Assembly (NCBI RefSeq): GCF_009914755.1
Contig: NC_060928.1
Reading direction: 5' to 3' (one strand)
Origin: the human T2T-CHM13v2.0 reference genome, Homo sapiens
DNA: 64,000 bases
Both the position numbers and the translations under genes were made by a program. The notes beneath the pieces are model-generated. The model saw only the letters and a list, made by a program, of their open reading frames with translations. It had not been told where the DNA came from and did no database searches. Numbering within the stretch: the stretch's first letter is position 1; every line of letters begins with the position of its first letter. This document shows positions 14,740 through 35,475 of the stretch, in pieces.

Positions 14740-15125
14740 CACATTTCTTTTTTAAATCTTTTCCTACTTATTAAATCTTCTCTGATGCTATTATAAATGT
14801 GTTTTTCTCAACTCTTATGTTCTTTAGTTTACTTTTTTTTGTATATAAGACAATTTATTTTGTACACTAAACTTTACCTTACTACTTCACTGAATTGTTT
14901 GTTTATGACTTTGTGTTATCATTGATTTTCTAAGATTTTCTAGATATCATATCACCTGCAACTACAGATTGTTTTACTTCCTCATTTTGCAATGTCTTTG
15001 ACTGATTTCAGTTTCTAATTGTACTGGTTAATACCTCTAGTAAAATGGTGAATAATAATGGAGGTAGTGGGTATCTTTGTTTTGTTCCTGATCTCAGTGG
15101 AAATGCTTCCTGTGTTTTCCATAAC
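14740..15125 (-). mobile_element. Old L1M ORF2 fragment
   Basis: atcatatcacctgcaa...tagtaaaatggtgaataata..ggtagtgggtatctttgttttgttcctgatctcagtggaaatgcttcc is antisense L1 RT region. Confidence 0.7.
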
Positions 15126-15226
15126 GTTTAACCTCCGTTCAATTACTTCATTTGATTTATTGTGCATTTATTTTTGTTTTATTAATTTGATATTTTTTCT
15201 TTATTCTCCTTGCTCTAAAATTGTGT

Positions 15227-15408
15227 TTAGGGTAGTGATAAGTTCTTGTTTTTTATAATTTGACTACACAAAAAGAATAAAGAGTCCTTTTTTTGCATAA
15301 TCTTAGGCCCTGAAAAATCAGTGCAGTGGGTGGAGGGCTTATCATTTTTCCTAACATTATGGTCTGAAAATGGTGTCTTTCCGCTATACTCGTGGCATAA
15401 TCGTTTGT
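15227..15408 (-). pseudogene. Candidate exon of the minus-strand decayed gene (C-terminal extension)
   Basis: Acceptor ctattttcttttatgatag|AC; phase 1 open frame KRLCHEYSGKTPFSDHNVRKNDKPSTHCTDFSGPKIMQKK...; unique, CpG-containing sequence; donor not identified. Confidence 0.35.
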
Positions 15409-16147
15409 CTATCATAAAAGAAAATAGCAGTTTTCAGGAATGTGAGGCTTAATATAATTTATTTGAAATCATATTTTAGGATTAAAGTTAATATTGTTCA
15501 AAATAGCTCATCATATCTTATTCTTGTTTGTTTTATTATTATTGTTATCTTTTGATTTGGTTATGACAGAAGATGGACATTTATGATAACCAAGAGGAAC
15601 ATTTGTTATTTAAATAGAGCCATTTTCAAGTAAATACAATGTGAAAATTAGAGTGGCTTGGGTCAGACACATTTAAATTTAATCTCTGCCAATCTCAGCA
15701 AAATTTAGTCATTAATCATTTAATTTGTTTCTATGTGAATTACAGATAGTTTAAGCTTTTACATGTGTTCCATTTCAGCCATATTTTGCTGCAAATATTA
15801 CATTCTATAGTTAATTATTTAAAAGATGATTTTTGTTGTCTTGGTTTTATCTTGTTGCTTAGATATTCCTTTAATTTCCTGGATTCTTGTAAAAACACAC
15901 TTACTCTTTGGGATCCCTTGGTGATCTTTCTAGTATTTTCTATAGCATATGTTATATACCCCTGGTATATGTAGTTCATTTGGTCAGCAACAGTCTCTTA
16001 GAGTAAGATAAAAAAAGACACAAAACTTTTATTAGAATGAGTAGTATTTTGTTAATTATAGAAGCAAGCTCTTTTAATAAGCATTTCACTTATTTGTCTT
16101 ATGCAAAAAAAGGACTCTTTATTCTTTGTGTGTAGTCAAATTATAAA
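15252..16147. repeat. 49-bp inverted repeat pair (15252-15300 and 16099-16147), 48/49 identical
   Basis: tttataatttgactacacaaaaagaataaagagtcctttttttgcataa versus ttatgcaaaaaaaggactctttattctttgtgtgtagtcaaattataaa. Confidence 0.95.
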
Positions 16148-16469
16148 TAAAACCAAAGTTGCAAGGAATGAAATACATAAAAATAACCAAGAAATTATTT
16201 TAGTAAACTTAGTGAATTTATAAATATTATTTAATTTTATAATTATTTTGATAGTTGACTTTTCTCATCTAAAAATGCAAATATTTGTTTTGGTTTTAAG
16301 AGAAAATGTACTCCATAACTACAATTATAATTAAAATCAACTGTTTTTTAATTAGGGACAGACTCTGTTGGTTACAAATGTAAATTCCACAAAAATGTGG
16401 AAAACATAGTCTTTGATTTTATTGTATAGACAGAAACTTTTTTTAACTTAGCAACTAAAAATAACTTAC

Positions 16470-16700
16470 ATTAAAAAATGAATATTTAGCATTTGTGTAA
16501 TTTCTATTATGTCGTTTTCTAAGATTCAGAAAACAGTTCTTTTAAGTATCTATTTTAGATTGCATTAATGCAAAATATGGTCAAGATTTGTTCTTCCTTC
16601 TTAGAAATGCTGTGGAGTTTTTCCTTTTCTAGAATGTCTTCTAGTGATAGATTTGATTCTGTGAGCATGGCTTGGAGACAATCTGTGGCCTCTGTTGCTG
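16470..16700 (-). pseudogene. Candidate exon of the minus-strand decayed gene (C-terminal extension)
   Basis: Acceptor ctatatttatag|CA; phase 1 frame ATEATDCLQAMLTESNLSLEDILEKEKLHSISKKEEQILTIFCINAI* (stop at 16555-16557); a T|gtaagt donor at 16470 gives a 231-nt phase 1-1 exon with later stops. Confidence 0.4.
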
Positions 16701-18014
16701 CTATAAATATAGTGGTTTCTCAGTGAAAGAGGCACACAGCTTCTTTTTTATGCTTAAAGACTGATAGCACTCAATCTGTTATTTTGAGAAAGATCCCTTT
16801 ACTATGATTCAAACCCGAATATCCAACTTTCTAGAAGACATTTACACCAATGTGTCCCTAAAGCATCTCACATTTAGTATGTCCAAAGTTGAATCTTCTC
16901 TTTTTTTATCATAATTCATTGTAAGCCATGAGTCTACCACTTCTCCTCCTTCATTCTCAAGTATAGTTTATTTTATTATAATTCACACCTAAAGTCTAAG
17001 GATTAATTTGGATGTTAGTTAATCTAAAGCTTTGGGTCATTCTAACTTCAATTTCTCTCTGATGGATCCCTTTCTTAACATTTCTTTCTTTCTAACTCCA
17101 ATTTTCTCCATCCCACTTTGTTTTTCTACCTTTTACTGCTTCTGCGTTATTATAAAACAACAACAAAAGAGGCAAAGCCACTTATTTGACCCCATCAATA
17201 CACAGCATCAATCTCCTGTTTAAAGTACCATGCCTTCCCAGTGTCTGCAGAATGTGGCTCATAGTTGTAGTGTTGATGGAAGGCCCCTCATGCTTGTTTA
17301 TTATCAGCCTGGCTAATATCCTGCTGCCACTTTGCACATCCTGGCAGAGTTAGGTTTCTTTCAAGTGTCAGGAAATGGAAACACAATTGGATAACATTAC
17401 ATAATAGAAGTTGGGTTTTAGTGAAGGTGAGAGAGACAAAAAGCAATCTGAGCATGGAATAACCGGGACTCACAGAGTGTGCGATACATTTCAGAATGTA
17501 GAGCATCTCTAGCTCTGCTTCTCTTTATGGGTCAGCTATGTTAACAGCAGGTCCTGATTCTCCCCGTCTGCGGTGCCCCACCATTATGCTGATACAGCTA
17601 CTCTGGGTTTTCACATATACCGTTTCCATCATTTGAAATAATGTTTGTTTTAAATGTCTTCTCTAGAATTTGTCATTTCTACATTTAATAACTACTGCTT
17701 TCTGACTTCTTTCCATGAGTCTTGTTAAAGAAACAGTCTAGACAAAAGTATTTTCAAACAAAAGGAAAAAGTATTCTTGCGAAAAGTTGCCGGGCAGGTT
17801 TCAGAAAGATTAGCTCAAGAAAGATAATGAGTCATTAAAAGAGAGTGTAAGTCACAAATTACCACAGCATGGCCATTTAGCCAAATATAGAATAAGCTTT
17901 AAAACTATTTTTTCTTTTGCTGTAGTAATATTGTTTGTAAATTTATTATTTGGATGTAATAACAAATGAGCATAAAAAACATGCTGTCAGAAATAGTATC
18001 AACCATAGAATAAC

Positions 18015-18135
18015 CAACTTTTATTGAGCACTTACTACATGCCAAACACTGACTATATCATCATATGTATTCTCATTTGAATGACATAAAAACTATGTGA
18101 TATGGTACTATTATTTTCCATGTTTTACAATTGCA
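18015..18135 (-). mobile_element. MIR fragment
   Basis: tttattgagcacttactacatgcca...ctcattt...ggtactattattttccatgttttaca. Confidence 0.7.
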
Positions 18136-18321
18136 GAATGGATTATGTTCTGAAATAATAAGGCATGAGTTAATGACCTAAAGCCTTATAAAACTTCCCT
18201 TGTGCCCAGATAAGAAAAAAACAGCCATTTTAATATAGTCTTGCCTTTAGACCATGGTGGGCTATCATCAGAACTATGTTCAGTATGCCCCTAATCCTCC
18301 AGCCTCAAGGAACCCAACCTC

Positions 18322-18770
18322 AGCTTTATTCACAATAGCAAAGACAGAATCAACCTAAATGCCCATCAATGAGAGATTTGATAAAGAAAATGCCATACAT
18401 ATACACCATGGGACACAATGCAGCCGTAAAAGAGAACAAGATCTATGTCTTTTGCAGGAACATGGATGGAGCTGTAGGCCATTATCTTCAGCAAATTAAT
18501 GCAGGAATATAAAACCAAATACCGCGTGTTCTCGCTGATAAGTCGGAGCTAAAAGATGAGAACTTATGAACATAAAGAAGGGAAAAACAGACACTGGGGC
18601 CTCCTTGAGGTTAGAGAGTGAAAGGAGGGAGAGGAGCACAAAAATTAATTATTGAGTTCTAGACTTAGTACCTGAGTGACAAAATAATCTGTACAACCAA
18701 CCCACTTGACATAAGTTTACCTGTATAACAAACCTGCACTGGGACCCCTGAACCTAAAATTAAAAAAATA
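18322..18770 (+). mobile_element. Older L1PA 3' end, 5'-truncated
   Basis: ttcacaatagcaaagac...caacctaaatgcccatcaatg...aacaaacctgcac...cccctgaacctaaaat and A-tail. Confidence 0.9.
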
Positions 18771-18777
18771 GTAACCT

Positions 18778-19508
<731 letters not shown>

Positions 19509-20345
19509 CTAGTTAAATATTGAGCATGTTTTCCTGTACCTGTTGGCCATTTGTAGGTCTTCTTTTGAGAAGTTATCTTTTTAGCTCCTTTGCCAGGTTT
19601 TTAACTGGGTTATTTGTTTTCTTGCTATTGAGGTGTTTGAATTCTTTATATATTTTGGATATATTAAGTTGTATGGTCTGCAAATATTTTCTCTTATTCA
19701 CAGGCTGGCTCTTCACTCTGTTGATTTTTTTCTTTGCTGTGCAGAAGATTTTTAGTTTGAGGTAATCTCATTTGTCTATTTTGCTTTTGTTGCCTGTGCT
19801 TTTGGTGTCATTTTGAAAAAAACATTGCCCAGACCAATGTAATGAAAATTTTCCCCTGTGCTCTCTTCTGGTAGTCTTATGGTTTCCGGACTTATGTTAA
19901 TGTCATCAATCCATTTTGACTAAATTTTTGTGCATGGTGTAAAATAGGGGTCCAATTTCAGTCTGCAAATGGATATCCAGTTTTCCTAGCACCATTTATT
20001 GAAGAGACTATTCCTTTTCCCATTCCCTGTTCTTGGCACCTTTGTTGAAAGTCAATTGACTATAAATGAGGGAATTTATTTCTCAGCTTTCTGCTCTTTT
20101 CTCTTGGTCTATGTGTCTGTTTTTATGCCAATACCATGCTGTTTGATCACTGTAGCTTTGTAATATATTTTAAAATCTGATTTTATGTGTCTCCTACTTT
20201 GTTCTTTTTGCTCAAGATTGTGTTGGCTATTGGGAGTCTTTTATAATTCCATATAATTTTAGGATAGTTTTTTTCTGTTTCTGTGAAAATTGTAACTGGA
20301 ATTTTGGGTAATATGGACATTTTAACAGTATTAATTTTCATTTTG

Positions 20346-20485
20346 TCATGGTGGCTTACTTCATGCCTATAATTCCAACAGTTTTGGAGGCTGAGGTGGA
20401 AGGATTGCTTGAGACCAGGAGTTCAAGGCTGGAATAAACCTGGGTGACAGAGCAAGACCTCATCTCTAAACAAATAAACAAATAA
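20346..20485 (+). mobile_element. FLAM / AluJ monomer
   Basis: ggaggctgaggtggaaggattgcttgagaccaggagttcaagg...gcaagacctcatctct with A-rich tail. Confidence 0.85.
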
Positions 20486-22067
20486 ATTCTCCTAATCCAT
20501 AAACGTAAGATGTCTTTCCATTTATTTGTATCTTCTTAATTTTTTTCATATATCTCTTATAGTTTTCTATGTACAGATTTTTTATCTCCTTAGTTAAATT
20601 TACTGTGAAGTATTTTAATTTTTATCTATTATAAATGAGATTTTTTACCTAATTTTTTTCAGATAATTTTTGGGGTATAGAATGCCAACTGATTTTTGTA
20701 TGTTGATTTTCTATCCTGCATCTTTACTAAATTTGCTTGTTAGTTCTCACAGTTTTTTGGTGGCATCTTTAGGGTTTTTTATATATAAGGTCATATACCT
20801 TCAAACAAATAACTTCCTTTCTGATTCAGGTGACTTTTATTTCTCTCTGTCTTGCATAATTTCTCATGCTAGGAATTTTAGCACTAAGTTAAATAGAAGC
20901 AGTGAGAGTGGGCATCCATGTCTTGTTCTTGATTTTATAGGAAAAGCTTTCAACTTTTCACTGTTGAGTATAATGTTAGCTTTGGGCTTGTCATATATTG
21001 TTTTTATTGTGTTGAGGTGCATTTGTTCTATACCTAATTTGCTGTGTGTTTTTATTATAAAAGAATGTTGAATTTTGTCAAAGCTTTTTCTGCATTTATT
21101 CAGATAATCTTATGATTTTTGTCTTTCATTCTGTTAATGTTTTATATCATATTTATTGATTTGTATATGTTGAACCATCCTTGCAACAGGGATAAATCCC
21201 ATGTGATCATGCCGAATGATCCTTTAAATTCTCCATTGAATTCAGTTCGCTAATGTTTTGTTGAGCATTATTGTATGTATATTTAATAGAGATATTGACA
21301 ATCATTTTCTTTTTTGGAGTGTCTTTGCCTTTGCTATCAGAGCAATGCTTGTAAAATGAGTTTGAAGTATTTCCTACTTTTCAATCTTTTTGGAGATTTC
21401 AAAAAGTCTTGGTATTATTTCTTTAAATATTTGGTAGAATTCATCCATGAAGTTATCGGTTCCTCAGGTTTTCTTTGATGGGAGATGTTCTATTTAAATT
21501 CAATCTTCTTCTCTGTTTTTAGTCTGTCCAGGCTTTTGATTTATGATTCAGTCTTGGAGGGTTGCATGTTTCCCAGAATGTATCCACTTCTAGGTTAGCC
21601 CATTTGAAAGCATATAATTGTTCACAATAGTTTCTTATGACCATTTGTATGTATCTCTTGTAATGTCCTCTCCTTCATTTCTGATGTTATTTATTTGAGT
21701 CTTCTCTCTTAGTCTGGCTAAAAGTTTGTCAATATTGTTTTTATTAAAACAAAAAAAACTCTTAGCTATGTTGATTTTTAAAATTTATTTATAGCATCTA
21801 TTTCATTATTATATCATTTCTTCTATAACTTTAGACTTAGTTTGTTCTTCTTTTTCTAATTCCTAGAGGTGAAATACTAGCTTCTTCATTTGAAATTTTT
21901 CTTATTTATTTAGGCATTTATTGCTATAAACTCCACTCAAACTGCTTTTGCTGCAGTATAACTTTTGGTGTGTTGTGTTTTCATTTCCATTTTTCTCAAT
22001 ACATTTAATTTTTTTTTTAAATTTCTTTTATGACATATTGGTTAACCAGGAGCATATTATTTAATTT

Positions 22068-26970
<4,903 letters not shown>

Positions 26971-27284
26971 CATATTATTTAATTTTATACATTTGTGCAT
27001 TTTCTAATATTTTTGTGTCATTTGTTTCTAGTTTCAGATCATTGTGATTGAAAAGACACTTGATTTGTTTCAATTTTCTTAAATTTGTTAACGTTTGTTT
27101 TGTAGCCTAACATAAGATCTATCCTGGAGAATGTTCTGTGTGTTCTTGAGGAAGACGTATATTGTACTACTGTTGGATGTGTTTCTGTTAGGCTTATTTG
27201 GTCTAACGTGTAGTTCAAGTCTGTTGTAATCTATTAGGATATTTTTCTCTATTTTGTTCTTCAGGTTTCTTTCTTTAGAGTGAC

Positions 27285-28125
<841 letters not shown>

Positions 28126-31100
28126 ATTAAAGTATTTTATGAGAAAGTGCAATGTTTCCTTATTGATTTTCTGTCTGGATGATATATCCATTGCTGTAAG
28201 GAAGGTATTAAAGTCTCCTACTATTATTATTTATCAGTCAATTTTTCCCTTCAGATCCATTAATATTTGCTTTATATATATATTTGGCACTTTAATGTTG
28301 GGTACATTTATATTTATGATTGTTATGTCCTCTTGATATATTTATTTATTTTAATCATATAATGTTCTTCTGTGTCTGTTTTTGTAGTTATTGTCTTAAA
28401 GTCTGTTTTATCTGATAAATATATAGCTACCTATACTCTTTTTTGCATTCCATTCACACAAATCCTTTTCCATTCCTTCACTTTAAGTCTCTGTGTGTTC
28501 TTAAAGGTGAAGTGAATCTTTTCTTGTGAGCAGCATATAGCTGGGCCTTGGTTTTGTTTGTTTTGTTTTTATTTTTTCAGTCATTCTGTGTCTTTTAATT
28601 GGATAATTTAATTCATTTGCACTCAAGGTAATTAGCAACAGATAAGGACTTACTACTGACATTTTGTTAATTGTTTTCTCACTGTTTTGTAGGTCCTTTG
28701 TTCCTTTCTATCTCTCTTGCTGTCTTTGTGATTTGATGGTTTTCTCCAGTGGTATGCTTTGATTCCTTTCTCTTTATCTTTTGTGTATCTATTATAGGTT
28801 TTTGTTTTGTGGATATTACGAGGCTTACATAAAACATTTTATGGTTATACTAGGCTAAAGTTGATAAAGACTTCACTTCAATTGTGTACAAAATCCCTAT
28901 ACTTTTCATGTCTTCAATTTTATGTTGCTGATGTCACAATTCACATTTTTATATGATATATCCCTTAACAAATTATTATTGCTATTTTTATTTTTAATAG
29001 TTTTATCTTGTAATCTTCATACTAAATACATAAGTGATTTACACAGTATCATTATAGTATTATAGTATTCTGAATTTGACTATGTTTTCATTTTTTCCAG
29101 TGAGTTTTATTCATCCATATGTTTTCATGTTACTACTTAGCATCATTTTCTTTCAGCTAACTCCTTTTAGCATTTCTTGTAAGGTAGGGCTTTTGTGATA
29201 AACTCCCTCAGCTTTTGTTAGTCTGATAAAGTCTTCATCTCTTATTCAGCTTTGAAGATCTTTGCTGATTAAAGGATTCTGGGTTGACAGGTTTTTTTCT
29301 TTTTTTTTTTTTCTTTCAGCACTTTAAATATGTCATTGTATTATCTCCTGGTTTGTGTGGTTTCTGATGAGAAATCTACTGATAGCCATATTAGAGTTCC
29401 CTTGTGTGTAATATGCTTCTTTTCTTTTTCAGCTACCAGGATCCCCATTCATGAGTTTTACAGTTTGATTTTAAAATGTCTTGGCGCAGTCTTGTTTGGA
29501 TTGAGTCTTGAGTCTTACAGAAGCTTTTAAGCTTCCTATACCTGGATATTTAATTCTTTCCCCAAATTTGGAAAGTTTTCTAAAACTTGTCAAAAGTCAG
29601 TTTTATTCCCCTTTCTCTTTCTTTGCTTCTTCTTAGATATCCATTATGTGTAAATTGGGTTGTTTGATTGTGTCCCATTATTTTCTTAGGCTTTCTTCAC
29701 TTATCTCTTTTCTTTTCTTTTCTCTCTTCTCTTCTCTTTTCTTTTTTCTTTTCTTTTCTTTGTTACTCTGGGTAATTACAAATAACCTGTTTATGACCTC
29801 ACTGATTGTTTCATCTGTTTGATCAAGTCCTCTTTAGAAGCTCTCTCCAGAAACTTTAGGTTTGGTTATTGTGTCTTTAGCTCCAGAGTTTCCATTTGTT
29901 TTGTTTTGTTTTGTTTTTTAAGAAATCTTGTCTATCTCTTTGCTGAACTGATTTGTTTGGCTATTGTTTTTCTGATTTCATTTAGTTTTCTAGCTATATT
30001 CTCTTGCAGCTCACGGATCCTCTTTAAGATGACTACATCAATTTTTTCAAGCAGATCATCAAGATTTATTTATTTTGGATTGATGACTCATACTTTATTT
30101 TGTTCTTTTAATTGTGCCATGATTTCCTGATTGTTCATGTTCTTTGTGGCTATGGTGTTGTTGTCTATGGATTTGAATAAATAGGGACTATTCCAGTCTT
30201 TGCATAGTGGCTTTGGCTGGGAAAGCCACTTACCAGTCAGCTCATTCCAAGATTCTGGGCAGCCTATCTGTCATGGCCTATGGGAAATTTGCTGCTGGAA
30301 TTCTTATGCAGGCTAGCCTGGAGCCTGGGTTAACAGCTGGGCAGACTTGGCTCCTGGATCTGCTGTGTTGGCCCTGGGCCCTGCGTTTATTGCAGGTGGA
30401 CATAAAACTTGAGCCTGCCATGATGGACATAGATTATTGGTTCACAGGGGCTGGTCTCATCCCAGGAGCCACTGGGGTGGACCTTTTGACTGGGTCTGCA
30501 GAAGCAGGCTTGGATCCTGTATTCATGGGGGCCGTCCTAATCCCAGATTGACAAGGTTTTTCATGGCACTAGTTTATTTCATAAGCCTGAATGTGCAAGT
30601 GCCAGCCATTTGCTGGGATGGGCCCGGTGACTAAGTACACAGAGACAGTCCTGGAGCCTGGTGCCCCGGGAGCTGGAATGGCTCTGAGTCGGAGCTATAG
30701 GCTGAATATTTGGGGAGAGGCTTGGGCCCTGGGACTTTGAGGACCAACTTGGAACCTAAGTCTACAGAGGCAGTCCTGGAGTCTGGGTCTACATCTTCTG
30801 GCCTTATGCTGGGGTCTACTACAATGAGGGTGAGCTCTTGGTCATCGGACCCTGGGTCTGTTGGAGCATGGGGCTGCAGAGGCTGGTCTGGTGTTGGACA
30901 GGCCAGAATTCTGGGTCTGTGGGCACCAGCCTGGGGTCTGGGGTTCAGTCCAGTGTTAGGATTCTTCTGAAGCTTGAAGCCACTGAGGTTGGCCTGGTGC
31001 TGGAGTGGATCTGGAGGCTGGCTGTAAGTGTTGCTTTGAAGTTTGAGGCTGTGGAACCTGTCCTGATACTCTGGCAGATTGGGTCCTGCGTGAGGAAGGA

Positions 31101-32548
31101 CCATTCTGGAGCTGGGGTTCATGAGTACAAGCCTGACACTGGGGAGGGGCTGGAGGCTGAGTCCATAGAGGCTGAAATTGTATTGGGATGGTGTGGAGGC
31201 TGAGACTAGTTGGGGCCAGCCTGGTGGTGCGGCATACCTGGTCCCTGTGGAGATCTAAAACCTGGGTTTGCAGCATCTAGCTTGGCACTGGGGTTGGCCT
31301 AGGGGCTTGATACTTGTGTGCCAGCCTGATGACTAGCACACAGGGGAAAGCCTTTGCCTGGTGAATATTGATAGTATTAATATTGTGTTCCTTTATTATA
31401 CTTTTTATTTTTCCTTTATTTATTTAATTGCATTACACTTTCTTGTTTTACATTCCTCGTAACTTTATGCTGATATCTACTATCTTTCCAAAATATTAGA
31501 TAATTGCTTGTCTTGTTATATGTTTCTTCTGACTCTTTCTCATAGTGACTTGTTTTCTCTTATGCTTTTTCCATTTTTTTCTTTAAGTTCAGAATTATTG
31601 AGAGTATTTGTTAAGCACACACTTTGATGACTGGATTTAAGTGCATTTCTTCAGGTAGTGTTTCCTTCGCTTCTGCTGGCAGGTGGAAGCATTACTAACT
31701 CAGGGATGTCTCAAACAAATATTTATTATTATTTTTATTATTTCAAAGACCACATAGAGGCATGTGGTTTTCCAATAGATATGAGTAGTGTGAATTATAG
31801 CCCAACATAAATGCAAATACAGGTTCACAATAAGAAAGTGTCAAGGGATAGTCTTATCTTCTTTTTGTTTTCTATTTTGCAGATTCAAGGAAGAAAATGA
31901 CAATTATTGTCAATTATTTCTGTCTTAAGAACAGGAATTACTTTCCTCTTAGTTTAACCATTAAGATGTAACTTGTCACAAATTGGAGCTTAATGCAGAC
32001 ATCTCTAGTATGATTTTTCCACCCTACTCTTCTTTCTGGCATATGGTATGTTATCATTCTGGCTGTGGCGTATCAGGTGACAATGATACCACAGGGTAAA
32101 TGCTGTCTGCAAGAGTGGCTTACCCCTACAAATGAGCATTTTCTTGACATTTTTGGCCTCAATATTCCGTACAATTTTTTTTTGTTCGGTTATTCTGGGC
32201 ATACCAAAAATGTTTGCTCAAGTATTTAGTGTGATGTCTTGCCAGAAATTAAATTGAGTAACATTTATATTCTAATACTTCTGATTCTGTGATGCCATCT
32301 CTTTGTGGTAGTAGAGTATTTGTTAAATTTCCTGATGCTATATATGAGAAGTTTTACCCAAAATATTTTGTAATAGTAGGAACTAGAATGATATTATGCA
32401 GTATTTATTATGAAACTCTTAAGAATACTGTCATGGTCCTTAAACAGTATATTGTTAGTAAAATTAAATAACGAATTCAATGATATTTTAAATTTTATTT
32501 TTATTTGAATTGTTTTCTTTTAACATTTTACTTCCTCTCTGAAGCATA

Positions 32549-32583
32549 TCACACACACACACACACACACATACACACACACA
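32549..32583. repeat. (CA)n microsatellite, interrupted
   Basis: CA run with one TA interruption. Confidence 0.95.
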
Positions 32584-33442
32584 ATAATATAGAAAAAAAG
32601 TTCATCCACCTGAAAATTCAAAACTTCCCATTAAGTAAGTCTTTGGTGGCAGATTAAGTATAAACTAAAATTTCAGCATTTATAAAATATGTTAATAGAA
32701 ATTATAAATACATAATGTATACACACACATATATATATAAAATCTTATGGGATGCATTTAAAACAGCGATCTGAGAAAATTTATATGCTTAAACAATTTT
32801 ATCAATAAAATGAAAAAATATAAATGAACTAAAAATGAACATTAAAAACTTTTAAAGTAATGAATAAAGAGTAATCCAACTGGCAAATTAATATAATGTT
32901 TTCTTGACAGAATTAACAGAATTACGAATCATAAATTTAGATCAAGAAAACATAGAATGAAGGAATAGGGAACTCTGCAAAACTATCAAATATCAGATTT
33001 TTTAAACATTCTATAGATTACTCCAGATCATGGAAAATAAAAGTAGCTTAATTATGAAATAAGTATATCGTTAATACCTAAACCTAAAGGAAGGCAGTAC
33101 CAAGAATGCAACTCTAATACAGAGATTATCACCATGAATGTCAACTCTGTAAGGACATTCGGTAGCTAAATTTTCTCTGAGAAAATCTCTCAGGTCTTTG
33201 CTGATGATGAGAGGCTATGATTTTGTTACTTTGGAAGAGGATAATGTTTTAATTTTGAAGTTAAAATAAGCCTTTCAGATCTAAGCTTAACATACACCTT
33301 TCCTAAATACAAGTCAAAGCTTCTCAGGATAACTATAAGAAACTGTAATCACTTTTGAAGTACTGATCTTCATGTAAACACAAGAAATAGCTAATTGTTT
33401 TACCCATATTTCACACTTTTAAAAGGGTAATGCAATTATGTA

Positions 33443-33784
33443 CAGTTGGCGCCACATATTCATGGATTCCACATCGTGAATTCAGTCAATTGCAGATGAA
33501 AAATATTCAGAAAAAAAATTGGATGATTGTGTCTGCATTGAACAAATATGGGGATTTTTTTTCTTGTCATCATTTCCTAAGCAATATAGTATAACAACTA
33601 TTTGTATAACATTTACATTGTTATAAGTATTATGAGTAATTTAGAGATATTTAAAGTATATGTGAGGATACAAGATTATATGTAAATCCTATGCCACCTT
33701 ACATAAGAGACTTGAGCATTCCTGGATTTCAGTATCTGCAGGGGGTCCTAGAAACAATCCTCTAGGGATATGGAGGGCCAACTG
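33443..33784 (-). mobile_element. MER2 non-autonomous Tigger-type DNA transposon, full length
   Basis: TA|cagttggc ... gccaactg|TA terminal inverted repeats; gggggtcctagaaacaatcc..ggatatggaggg end; about 342 bp. Confidence 0.9.
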
Positions 33785-35475
33785 TATTTTAAAGAGTGCA
33801 TTTATATGTATTTACATAGGAGATATTTTTAAAAAGTCTTAAATAACATAACCTGACCTCTAGAATTCATTTAATTACATTGAGAAACTTTCTGAAGTAA
33901 TTTCTCAGAGAAAATACAATGCCTAATTTATATTTGGTAAGGTTAAATTTTCTTCTTGAAAATGAGAATTGCCAAGCTTTTCAAAGGACATAGAAAGATG
34001 ATTACACATGTAAGAAAACAGATTATGGCATCATTTGACTTTAACATGGTGTTTAATGATGAAAAAGGCATGCATGTTCATTAGTATCTCACACATATTC
34101 ACAAATGTTGTATGTTAGTATTATATTAATATATAATATTTTCTATGATGGTGAAATTTACCAATATGACAAAAACATACATCTCACTACTTTCCTCCAA
34201 TAACAATTAATGTTATATAAATTTTTTGTTTTTAATCCAAAATCTTCCTTGATGATAATAAAAGGATTATAATTTAAAACATCATAATCCAAATCAATTG
34301 TGTTTCTCAGTTGATCTGTGCTTATACAGTACTTCAGCATCAATTCAAAGTTATCATTTCCCCATTGTTATGTATGTTAGTAATGTTACACTCACATGGC
34401 CTCTTTGACCTGTTTTCTGCTTTATTTTTTACATTAGATTGCTTAATTCAAAAGTTAAGTTATAATAATTTTCAAACCTTTTACAAGCCACATTAATTCT
34501 GAAACATCTTTTTTATTTGCATGAAGTGAAACTTCATGTAAGTTGTTTAAACCTATGAAATAAGGTCAAGAATGAATGTCAGTAGCTCCTGGGAAACAAG
34601 GGAGGGTTCAGCAGAATTTTAGAACAAGAATGATGTTGGGAAGGATCCTAAGGGCCTCAACCTAATTTTATCTGGCCAGAGACAATTAGTCTGCAAGATG
34701 ATATTGCTATGACCAGCAAAAAAGTAGACAGAGATCATCTGTGCTTACTCCATTCATATGGAAACTCTAACTCAAGAATACCTGTTTTGAAGAGGCAGGA
34801 GAAGTTCATGTCATTTTTTTTTTTTGTACTTAAAGATTTTTAAATTGGTGACTTTTAGAAATTTTTATTTTATATATTCTCATTTGACACAGTTAGGTAA
34901 ACAAAGCATTCTGATTCTAAAAGCAACACATTTCACTACAGAAAATTCTGAATATGGATTAACAAACAACTATAGTCTGAGTTATCATCGGACTTGTGAG
35001 CAGGGAGAGGGAGAGGAAGAGGGAGTGAGTGAGTGTGAAGGAGAGGTCCAGGAAGTAGGAGACAAGTGTCTTAAGAGGTGACATCAGAATTTCTCTCATG
35101 GTAAGACATCTCTTTGTTATCGACATGATTGCAACAAATCATGACAGGAATGAGTAAAAACCATCAAAGAACTATGGCAAATGCTAATATAAATTCAGTA
35201 CTTAATATGTAACTAGCTCTTCTTAGCACAACAGAATAAAATCTTAAAAGAAGCAGAGATGAAAAGAATTTATTGAGGTAGAATAGTCCCATTAACATGG
35301 TTAAAGGCAATATCCCCTGGAGGAGATAAGGACCAATGTATTTTAAGAATTTGGATATACAACATTTAACATTTAGTTTTTGGATGTGATGCATAGCCAT
35401 GGAACCACTTTTATTTTTTCTCCCCAATTAGATAAAGCTGCCTCACCTCTAGTAGGTGAAGAAACAGAGAGTTTG

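Noticed and set aside
30207-31276. Cluster of overlapping GC-rich ORFs up to 163 aa
   Set aside because: Lies in the GC-rich 5' region of the old L1. Open frames on both strands reflect base composition, with no splice structure or recognisable domain, and it is CpG-poor so not a CpG island.
32005-32202. 65-aa minus-strand ORF (MPRITEQKKIVRN...)
   Set aside because: No convincing splice sites or homology; adjacent to old repeat-like sequence.
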